Shown: in pieces, positions 46,401 to 58,400 of the stretch
How the letters are laid out: each line of letters starts with the position of its first letter
Position numbering within the stretch: the stretch's first letter is position 1
Source of the DNA: Fimbriosthenelais zetlandica
Lineage: Eukaryota
Reading direction: 5' to 3'
DNA length: 64,000 nucleotides
NCBI GenBank assembly: GCA_977030845.1
Contig: OZ365112.1
Coordinates: 8,370,001 to 8,434,000 of the forward strand
Program-made: the position numbers and the translations under genes
Notes under the pieces: generated by a model
Seen by the model: the letters and a program-made list of their open reading frames with translations, nothing else
What the model was told of the DNA's origin: nothing
Database searches by the model: none

Positions 46401-49400
46401 ACTTCCCACCAACCTCACATATATTCATGAATTATCCAAGAATTTTTTGTGAAGCCCTCGGAAGAGTTACTCTCTAATACAATTGATATTCCCTTTAGAA
46501 TAACAGGCCATAGAGTGCCACAGTATATTAACAGTTGTATAATTTATAGCCAGTAACATACCATTTCTTTATATGAAACCACTGAATACTTCTGAACCAC
46601 TATCAGAAACGAGAGTGCCACAAGTATTCAGGTTTGGCAGCAAGAACTCCAGCTGCATTACATCACTGATCTGGAGTACATGTTGCACATAGTACCCATG
46701 GGCACGGTTTCAATGCAAAACATTGATTCAAATTTAAAATCAGGACTTGGTGCAAGAGGTGTAAGAAATAATAGCTGAGTTTGTCTATGCTTGTCTTGGG
46801 AGGTTTGCTTTCAACTGCTGCATATAGCAAAAGGAATACAGCATATGAGAAGTATTCAATTGGGATTTTTCAAGATAAAGGTTAAAGGTCTTGACTCGAG
46901 CTGATAAAAGCAAGACTAGACGCATTTATCCATGGAAAAAGGTGTATAGACATGCCTAGCAAGTTGAATAGCAGTGGAGCAAATACGAGCAGCTCACAAC
47001 AGTTCCTCCAGCAATAAAAACCTTCAAGGGCCCTGCCTATAGCATCCACGAGTTCCCCCCAAACAATTTTCTTCCAGCCTGGCCCACTTTCTAGATGTGA
47101 GGCACATGTATGTATGATAAAGCACAGAGAGAACAACCCTTCACAATAGAAAATTCACATCATAAAACACACTAGGAAATCCTGCATATAACAGAGCAAA
47201 TTTGCTGTAAAGTAAATGCCAGTGTAAGCAATTGAAGGCAGTTTGCTGATGGGTCTTTTCCTGAGTTCAGGGTTCCTGAATAATTGCATATCTGGTTTTT
47301 TATTTATCTAGGATGGGATTGGTTGTAATGTGTACCATTAAGCTCAGCATTTCCGTTCGCCCCTTCATGTGCTTTCAATTCATGTTTGGACTACATCCCC
47401 TGATAGTGAGTTCATCTCAATATGATGGGAAAAGCCATCTCAAAGAGGTTCAGGATTTAATCAAGTAAAAAAGTAGTTTTAGGGTGTGTGGGGCCTGGTG
47501 GAAATTAACACTCCATTCATCAAGCCTGTGAAAGGCTCTGAGAAAAGGCTAATGGGTGAGAATGATGGTTATCAGGACTGTGATCCTACATTAGTTGCCT
47601 CTACCCCCTGACTGTACATCAATTTTATCTCGGCAAGGATCGGAGCATGCTGGTGAGAGCGAGGGTAGGTTAATATGAGCAACTCACTATATAATGCATA
47701 TAGCAAGCTGCTCATGCAGGATCCATGCAGAACTAACCTTACAGAATAGAGCAGCTGCTTCCACTTAAACTTTCATTGGCATTTTACTCAAGCATTCCAT
47801 AATGAGTTCTACAGTTCTCACGAGTGCATACATCTATGCAATTAATGTGCCTCAACATTGTGCCTCAAGTTCAACTCTAAGTTTACACACAAAACATGAA
47901 TGTAGGTCTTGTGAGTTCTGTGTCTAATCAGCATCAACCAATTGGTACAGAGGGATGTGGATGTGAGCATATAAGAGCTGGGCTTGAGCCAAGATATAAT
48001 TGTTCTGGCCTTTAAAGCCTTGGTATTTATGAAATTGAGTTCCGCCAAGCAGGAGATGCATCTCTAGTTATGGTTTTTGAGGTGACCTGGCTTTATAACT
48101 GAGGCTGAGTGGCAGGAAATGATTTGTTTACAATGTGATATGCAGACACTTTTTTGTCTGCCATGATCCTAGTTTCTCAGCACCTGTACTTCAAGAGGAT
48201 CCTGCCAAAAATCCCAGTACTCCTGGCTGTAATATGCTATGGCCTATACATGTATATTAGCTGCAAATCAGGACCCTGCTTCAATCAAGATGGTTGACAC
48301 CTTGATTAAACAGGGCCAGGGTCAATAACGGTTGCATTAAAGTGGAGACATGCCTCTTTATTTATCTTGTCAATAAATAATAATCATTACTTATTAATTT
48401 CCATACACGTTGGTTGTCTAAGGAATATTCAAGTCAAGTAAGTTTTCAATTCGCCAGGTTTATGGGACATATGTCACCAAAGACATAACATTTTAAAGTT
48501 TTTATCAATTGTTTATGGCAGCTTCAGCTAATTCTTAAGTTTAAAACTTGATAAGCAGATGGTGTTGAGTAAAATGATGAAGGATCACGGGGATCAGGAG
48601 AGAAGAGCCTATTACATGAATATTCTGTTAAGTGTTGTGGCTCTGACCTAGTGATCTTTGATGGAATGGTTGGCCTTTCTCCAGGAGGCAGAACTCCAAG
48701 GGTTTATTCTGAGCTCCTGACACTTATGGTATCATTCATTGAGCAATGGTAATACCATTCAAACCCAACTTCTGTTTTTTTAAATTCAAGACATCAATTA
48801 ACCAATACAAATTGACTGATGAAGGAATTGAAGTAATGGCCGATGCGGAAATTGAAGGAATGGCTCATGAATTTGATTTTGAACTCTCATGTTAAATTTA
48901 AAGCAGGAACTGGGATTATATCAGAGAGACTAGGTCTTGTATATTGGTATGTCTATGTTGCTTGCCAACACATGCTTGGTCTATTTTCGTACGTTAGCAA
49001 CTCTCTCTCAACTCTCTTTCTCGTCCTGCCCCTCGTGAACTCGGTGAGGGAGAAGAAGCCATTTTGACAGTCTGGATCTTAGGAGGGTGATGTCTGTAAG
49101 GTGTATATTTATCATATATACACACAACTCGTGGCTGTTGAAGGCTCACAGCATGCAGTACATCTCACCTCGTACGAGAATGTAGTCCATGAACAGACTT
49201 AAAACATTTATTTATGTGTAAAATATAAGGAAGAAAAATATAAGGTCTCGTCAAAAAAAATATTTTCAATGGTTAGTCATGATAAGAATTCATCTTCAAT
49301 ATAGAAAATGCATCTCCATCCAGAATTATGTTGATAATCGGTCACTGAACCTAGATTGGGACTTTACCAAAGCATGATAAATTCATTAAATTATTTGAAT

Positions 49401-52400
49401 AGATCCATCAGATCCATGGACTATCCTAAAGAAAAAATCTGATAAACTCTGGCGTTCACTGCTGAAGTATTTGCATAAAGTATTTGCTTTTAGGACCGAA
49501 GTCATAAAAATAATTATCTGTTGAGCAATGAAGAGGATCAACAGCCCAGGGTCATTATTTGTAAGGTAATCTTGAAATAAGTGCTCTGAGGGTCCAATGT
49601 TGAGTAGAGAATAACAACTGTCTTACAGTGGTATTCACTGTATATTATGATGTTTCTGGGCAATACTGCTGCCAGCATCTACCTCTGCATGGTATATGTA
49701 CTTCATCATCCACCCACACACCTACTCCAGCTCATCCTGCTCCTCCAGGCCTCACCTGCTTAACCGTGAAAACTGCTCAAGAAGCTCAAGGAGTAGCTCA
49801 TCTATAGTACCATCTGTTGTCTGAGTTTGGCACTAGGGGGTGCCACTGAGGGCAATGTTAAAATCGCCCCCGCAGTTATATTGGAATAATAAAGAATAAT
49901 AGAAATGTCTTGAGGAATTGCTCATAGAATTACATGGCACTCTGGACAAAATAAATTTGAAAAAACTGTTTTGAAATCTCACAGAAATCCGACATAACAG
50001 CCCATGCATGGACTACCTGTAGCATGGGCAAGATGTAGGCCTATTTCACAAGGTTTTATGTGTTTTGCTCAATCCTTCATGACATTGATTGATAATGTTG
50101 TTGTTTTAGGTGTTTGTGGGAAGCCCTGCAGATGGAGTCCTGCACCGTGGTGACATCATTGTCTCCATTGAGAACCATGACTGCGCCAACATGAACCACA
50201 GGCCTGCCCAGGACATCATCAAACAGGCTGGCGGCGCACTACGCATGTGCGTCAGGAGGTAAGCACAATACGCATGCTCAGTTAAGACATATATTTATTT
50301 TGAATTTTGGATTATCCTGAAGGCCTCTAGAGGTTTTCAGCGGGTTTTTAGCCATTCATAGTGGCGTCAATTTTGTTCATTTTTTCCATTTTGATTGAAA
50401 AATCATAACGTTCTCTTCTGACATGAACAAATTCATTTGATTTTATGGGGAATCAAAAAGATCAAAACCATGAAAGGTCATAATTATGTGAGCTGTGACA
50501 GCCAAGAAAGTATAGGCCGTGTGAACTTGAAACTGGGCCCTAATAGACTATAAGATTTATATTAGTATTTTTATCTAGTATATCTAGTATATCTTTCAAA
50601 GCATTCTCGCAGAATGGTGTCATTCGATGGCCCTGGGTGGAATAACTCTATGATCCACTTCGATGGTTTTTAAAAGGCCAGAGCCAACCTTGAAATTATG
50701 CTGGGAAAGCTTCCTGTGGAGGCTTAGATGTAGAGAAGGGAAAGTACCAGTCCCTCTTCTCACCCACAACAATGCCAAACCTGCCCAAACAGACAGACGG
50801 AAAAGAAAAGTATGGTCTATAGATGGAAGGAAAAGATTTGTTCTATATGCAGGCTATACACAAATTATATACATGATGGGGGATACTATCCATTTGCCTA
50901 TATGAACCAGGCATTTCAGGAAATGCAACACTCCTGTTGATTCACTTGTTTTTGGTTCATTTATTAAAGTGGAGAAAAATATCTCCATCTGGTACAGATT
51001 TTCAAATGACTCAATTGAAAGCAACCAACTATAGAAGATATTAATGCTTTCTGAGGTTTGATGAATGGAAGGCTCGTAGAGTAAGTTTTTTTTAACAGAA
51101 TCCGTTAAATAAAAGACAAATGTTGTCTCTGGGATGCTAGTCTAGAGTGCTGAGTGTAAGCAGCAGGTGAAGGGAAAGGTGGGGAGAAAAAGATGGAGGA
51201 TTCTCATACCTATGTCTGACCAGGCTCCATCTTGGCTCCAGACTATAGTTTGGCATGACTTTAATGATAAGATCTCCTCACACTGTGTGCCTCACGGGTA
51301 TAATTACACTGAAGACACCAGTAATAGTGTTTATAACGTTCATCAAGGAGATTCATCACGCAAAGTGATCATTGACTACATATATAGAAGACCCAGTCAC
51401 TGTCTGAATGTAAATTACAATCAATTACATGTACAAGATTTTATATATCAAACTACAGTCTTTGCAAACTAAGTTGAGCCGAAACCACCATAGAAACACA
51501 GTACATTTCTATCGTGGTTTCGGCACAACTTAGTTTGGACAGATTGTAGATGTAATCTCTTGAATATTTTAACTGTTTTATTAAGTTGGGCTTCATCTGG
51601 TAAGGAGATACCCTCAGGCCTTCTAAAATGTGGTGCCCATCAAGAAAATGGCTCATAAACTTGAATCTGACGGCCCCCATGGTTTTAAAAATCGCGCCAG
51701 GAAGTGACGTTGTCTGTGCTCTGACCAATCAGAGATCACCAGTCACCCCCGTTACTATGTCGTCATTTCCGGGTCAATGACCTGATTTTGCGAACCAGCG
51801 TCTGAGTCTAGCATTCACACAAAACTGGACGCGTTTTTTGAGTTTCCCAACCAAATTCTGCATGAAATAATGGGTCTCTGGGCATAACAAAGGTACGGAT
51901 GGATAGCGAATTTTGTTTTTAGTACAGGGAGGTAGTTCGTTGCCTATGAAACGGCAAGGAGAATTTATAATTTGGATCCGCAACGAACCTACTCTCTTGA
52001 TGTTTGAATGTAGTTTTGACAGAGCGCATGATGTTAGGTTTTACCGATGGTGGTGCCACCGTTCCCGATTGCTCCGCGAAGCAGTGATTGCAACGATGTA
52101 GCTATAGCAATCTGGGAACAGATATTTTTTTCTTCTTTCTAATTATGGGGCGGATGTAGGGGCTATTTTTTGCCTGAATAAAAGTAAGCCTATACATAAT
52201 GTATTAGGCCTCTGGTCCTTGTGCATATAGGCTACATGGATATTAGGCCTAAACCTAAAAAGAGAGCAATTGCTCAAAAACTGGAACATAACACTTCATG
52301 TGATTTCCAGAACTATGGGACTGATATAAAGCAGAAAACTGTCAGATTTTATAAGATTGTTGTGGAATAAACCCAATTATGTTTAATATTCACAAAATTA

Positions 52401-55400
52401 TTGCAGCAAAAAAGTGGTTTAGGCCTATCATATAAAGACGAGCCAGTGCCTGGTACATTGAGAGTCAGCACTTAATCTACTGATTGCTCATGGTCATGAA
52501 CTGCCTTCCAGAACTCAGTAACTCAACTTCCAACTCTTACATATGTTCACCTGTTACAACACATCAGCCTGCATCAAACTAGCAGCAGTTAGTGCTTTCA
52601 TAGAGCTAGATTATACAACTATAGAGCGCTATATAAACCAAATATATCCATACAAACTATGGGAGGAGAGCTATTTGAAATCATATTGTCATGGAAAATG
52701 GACATCAAGGAACAGGTTTTTGTGGGAGGTCATGCCAAAATGGTATTTACCAGTTTTTAAAATAACACAAACATATACAATATTCCTGTCAGTCAATAGA
52801 CATAGTGTTCTAGTTCAAAAGGTTAGATGGCAAATCTGTTTCAGAGAGGCAGTTAAAATTTTAATATAAATAGTTTCTTTTCAGTTAAAGAGATAAACAA
52901 TCATAAATATTCCATGGGGAAGGGGCAAGACCCCATAGGTCTGTCTGTTCTCTAGTCTAGGCCTTGGAGTAAATGAATGGGGGCGTGTATTACGTCATAG
53001 GTCAGAAATAGATCAGGCTGGAGCATGGGGCAATAGGAATATAAATCATATAAATATGATTAAATAACTCATAAATTCAGGAACATGCTTTATGGTCTGA
53101 GAGGAAATGAGGAGATAATGAAACATTTGAAGTAAGGGAGAACCGGGGGATGGACATTTAGATGGGAGGGGTGGAAGTGGGTTTTCCCTGCTACATACTT
53201 TTTAGCAGGTCCAGGTAAACATGAGGTGTAACGGCAGCATCACTATACCACCCTACATCTATACCCTCATACCAGGACGCTCCTCCACGGTGGCCAGACA
53301 GCTGGCCTACTTATAGCACCTGAGATATACCTATACCTATACCATCTTCTCTTTCTCCTCCATCTCCTCCAAGGATTACCAAACCATTCATAAACATCAA
53401 CAGTAACAATCCGAATACACACAGGATAAATACACATCAAGGTAAATGGATTATTTTCTATAGGATTTAAGCTTGGAAAAATATTCCATGGGACAACAGG
53501 TGGACAGGGGGTAATGAGCAAGGGTATGGAGTTCACATCTGGTGGCGTGCGATAATAAAGCATTGTACCATTTTTGTGATAAGTTCTCATAACTTGATTT
53601 AAATATAGTGAGTTGCAGTTATAAATCAGGGGATGTGTTGGTAGTTAGAAGTCATTTTGAGCAGGTAAGGAGAGTGTTAAGACCCGTCCTTCCTTGACCT
53701 TCATAGTAGTAGACATCTTACATTCTTGAAGCTGGAGCCAACGTAAGCAAGTGGTGATAAAGGTTTCTTCACCAGCTTGTGTACTGTAGGCCTCCATGAC
53801 ATGATGAATGATCACCCACACATCATCAGAATATTGCTCACTTTGCTATCCTCACTTCCCATCTTGAATAATATATATCTTCTTTGTCCTTTAATAAGAT
53901 GTTTCATAATTCATAACTATTGGGATGCTAAACCTTAAATTCCAATAAACTAACATAAATATTTTCATGGTCTGGTTCGAGTCATGGATGGATGCAATGG
54001 TGATACACTTCAGAACTCCAGAGTGTCATCGGACATTAACATTTGAGAAAGCATGATTGCATCCTATGCCAAAATTATGCCTTATGTAGGCCTAATACGT
54101 TTTGTATTGCTGTTACAAAGGGCTGTGTCCGAACAATAGAACATGCATGGGTAATTAGGCAAGACTCAAAAGATTTAGAATGTGTGGTCAAGAGGCCAAT
54201 GATCGATACCCAGGAGGGGCAAAGACAGAACTCCGAATGGAGAAAACTTGTGTATGGGGTCAAGAGGAAATATTTTATGGATACTTTCTGATTTGGGATC
54301 TTACTGACATATAATATTTTCTATTTTACTGATCTAATATAATGGTCATTGTTTACATTTGTATCGAAACTCACACTCACTGTCCCAATTCTAGAGCTCA
54401 TCCCTTAGTCTGCCAACTGCAGTGTTTCAGTTGTCCTCAGAACTTAATACTGCTCAGCTATAATGATTAGTGTGTTAACAGTTAATGTAATATAATACAT
54501 CACCAGCACATTGAACAATGGCACCCCTGGGTGTGTATACAAGTGGTTTTTAAGAGTTAGTTTGTAGATTCCAGACGACTCAGTGGGACGGGCAAGTGAG
54601 CAGTAGCAGCGCTATGCATAAACTGCGGCAGCTTTGTATCTGTTTACTGAGCAGCTATATTTAGCTGCTCACAGGGCTATTCCAACTGCTCAGACAGCCC
54701 CATTGAGTGCATGCATTGGGGCTCAGAAATACTCCAGTGATGCAGTAGGGTCAGTGAAAGTGGGTTGACATTTTTAAGTCCATGTATCAGCTGAGTAAGC
54801 TGTCATAATATAAATGAATAATGGAGGGGGGGGGGGGCCTTTAATCAGTCTATAAGCTCTGCCATTTCTGCTTAAAGTTCCAAAGTTCCTAAAATGCAAA
54901 ATGTTCCTAATGCAAAAAGATTAACTAATTCCACTACTTTAAGCTACATTACTGACTTAATTTTCCATGGTTGAAATACTTTGTATTGTTTGCATTGATT
55001 ATTATTTCTCATTGTTTAGGGGTGCCAGCTACCAAGCGCCACGTCCTGCAGTAGCAGCCAGTGTCCCGCGCCCTGTGCAGTCCGCAGCACCTCAGGTGAG
55101 CAACTCCCGGCCACATTATTAACTAAAAACAACATTCATTATACATCAATCAGTCAGTGATGAAACTGTCAGGGCAAATATGTTAGTTGCATACACATGC
55201 TATGCACATTTAGCTGCAATAAGCATATTTTTCATAGACTCACTTCAGATTAACTAGTGAAAGTCTATTGAGGCAATGGCGAATGTCAGATTGTCTATTG
55301 TAGAACGTTCTACTAATAGCTTGTAATGTTCAGTTGGTATTGGGCAGGGATCATATGGTGAGGAAGACTATACTAATTGCCAGCTATTTATCCCAAACTT

Positions 55401-58400
55401 CAGTGTAACTGTTCAAACCATCAGTTAAAGTAAATAGGTGACAGGTGGCCATTGCTATGCCTACCACAGGCTGCATGTAAGCCTAACACTGACAAATCTG
55501 TGAGTTATTTTTCTGCGAAGGGTATTCTTAATTACTATATTTCTTAAATGTAACAGTTCTAATCTTGCAATATCCAAACAAATTTTTTCCTGAATATTTG
55601 CATATTCATCATACTGCTTCATCAGGCCTTTTCAGTAAATCTGCTGACACCATATTATGAAGATGTCTTCAGAGAATTTCACCATAACTTATCCTTACTT
55701 CCCGAGATATAAGCAAATACACAAAAACTATTAGTCTTAGCAGCCTTTGTAGAGATGTGAGTTTGAACCACTGCAATACTCTGTGAAGGAGTCTGGTTCT
55801 TTGGGCAAGTACAGATGAAAGAAGAGGGTGGGTTAGCAGGCAGAGACTATAGAAAAATGAGGAGCACGTGTGACTAGTGTTAACACTGAAGCTGGTGTTC
55901 TTGTGTAGTCATGCTGGTCTTGGGTCAGATACATAAACCATTGCCAACGTGTGGAAGATCCAATATCTTTAACTGGATCCTGAGCTTAGAGTTCAGAGAG
56001 GATTTGAGAAATTAGATAACACCAAGTTTCATGTACCGGTACTATCACGAATTAGGCTATTATTATTCAGCTGTATCAAATTAATTTCAAAACTATGTAA
56101 AACAGACCAAATCTGAAACTTGCAGACTGTACTCTTTATTTGATGGGATTCTATAATGGGCTACAGGTTATTCAGTATTTTGCAATTTAATTATTATATT
56201 CATTTAAGAAATGATAACCATAGATATTGCTCCTGATTTTTAAGAATATATATGGCAAATTATTAGTAAATATTAAGTTATGATATTATAACCAGATCTA
56301 TATGAATGAGTGTGAGACCAACCCATGAGCTTCCCAATGACCTAACACATCCACACTGCTCCAGAGTATATATAAAACATACATGTCTGTATACTAACTG
56401 CATGCTAATCTTGATGACTGTTGGATTGTGTATATATCTATGAGAAAAGCCAGTAATGCAACCCTGGAGTTAGCTTATAATCTTGATAGATAGTTCCAGG
56501 CTACCGAGAGAGTGGCTTCAAGCCAGGGCAATATCTTTCAGTATTGGATAGAGGAAGCTGGTGGGGAAACCACATAAGAAATCTACATCGCGAAGGCAGT
56601 AAACAATTGGTACTTCCCTCTAAAATAACTACCTACAGACGAGTGGAGAGAGAGTGGAGGATGGGTTAGACTAGACCCAAGACACATGGGAGAGATGGAA
56701 TTATTGTTGTCCACTCGCCCTCACACATTTTAGTGTGGCTTCGATGAAGCCAACTCCCACCAATGATCATTCCAATCCACTGATGTGTCATGCAAACACA
56801 TGCTTGCACAGACATTCTGTCATGGACAAGTATGTAAGAGTAAGAGTGGATAGATGGATGGATTTATATTTTGAAAGTGATGAGTTAGTATGAAAACAAG
56901 TCAAAGTTGGGGAGGACTGGGAGGTAGAGTTGGGGCTAGGGTGTGTAAGTATAAGAGGCAGGTTGATCCTTGCATATAGCTGCAGTATTAGCGGGAGGTG
57001 TTGGCAGGGCCTGGGGACACTAGGCTAGCATGTATGCAGCTAGCATTACCTGATCCAGTTGATAGAGGAATATGATCTAAAACTAACAACAAAATCAACA
57101 CCAAAAGCATTATTTGGAGATGCATCATATTTCGGTTTTCACGGATACACTGTGACAAAATGTACCTCTTCGATGTAACTAAGGTGAGTTGTCTATAATG
57201 AAAGAAGGAAGTCTCACAGACACTTTTTACTCAGACCTGTCATGGTTTCCTCTTTCCAACGATCAGCTGTTAGAACTAACTCTATTTCTTGCTTCACATA
57301 TATGCAGTACTCAAGCATATAACTAACTTAGATAGATGTGAAAAAATAATAGCAGTTGAAGCTAACAATGGAAAGTAATATCGATGTTAGGAAAACTGCG
57401 GAAGGACAGAAACCTGCTGGTTCAGAGCAGAATTGCTGAAGCAGCCCCTACCCGATGCCATGTTATTAGGGAAACATATTGATAAGAATTATACAAAGCT
57501 TTAGTTGGGAATCTTGGGAAATATCAGGTAAAGATCCTAAACTTTCAGCTTAGATAGGTGATCCCCAGAGTGCCAGAGAACTAGAAGAGGAAGTACAACT
57601 GGGTCACTTGAAAAGTTCAATGCCAAGAACGAGTCAAAGTAAAATATCCTAGGGAGGTTGTTCCCCAGCAACAGAGTTTAAAAGAGAAATTTAGGTAGTT
57701 TCTAGGTTCATGTAGAGGAGTATCAAATAACACTAAGCAAGTTTCAATGAGGATGTGTGCCTGGTGCTGAATCTACAGCCGAGGATAACACTTATCCCAG
57801 CAGGCTTTTGTATCATTGCCAAGAGAAGCTACTGTACAGGGACAACTGACATCCTTCACACATATACACGGCCTACACATTCACACTCACCCATACACCA
57901 TGAGGCATTCATATTTATCACATAGCCAGTTAAGAGTTTAAAACTTCACTCTTGTCTGCCAGCATGGACTGGAGCTCTGGTAGAATAGAGCCCTGGCTAC
58001 CAGGACTGATTGTAATGTTAACATACTGATATGTTTTTTGACATAGTAGTTTGGGGCACAAACAGTATTTAGCATATTTAATTCTGGAGCAAATAAATGT
58101 TTGCAGAATGAAGAACAGGGTCATAGATCTGGGTTCTCAAAGAGCCCGGGACCTGACCTCATTCACATTATGTTCTTTTTGTACAGAATAAGATTTAGGG
58201 TCTGATTCAAGCATTGGTTTGCAGCCTTCCATGTCTCTGAATGGTTCCAGGATCAGTTTTCCTAACGCCTGACAATATTAACCAATGTGATATAAATATA
58301 ATTCCAGACATTGTCATGTGTGCATTCATGTCTCAAGGCCCCACACCGTGGATTGTCAGTGACCTCATGTGATTGACCCCTCTCTCTTTCCTCCAGTTGA

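Noticed and set aside
49830-49846. CTCF-like GCACTAGGGGGTGCCAC (similar motif near 41590)
   Set aside because: Isolated motifs within repeat-like sequence; function cannot be inferred.
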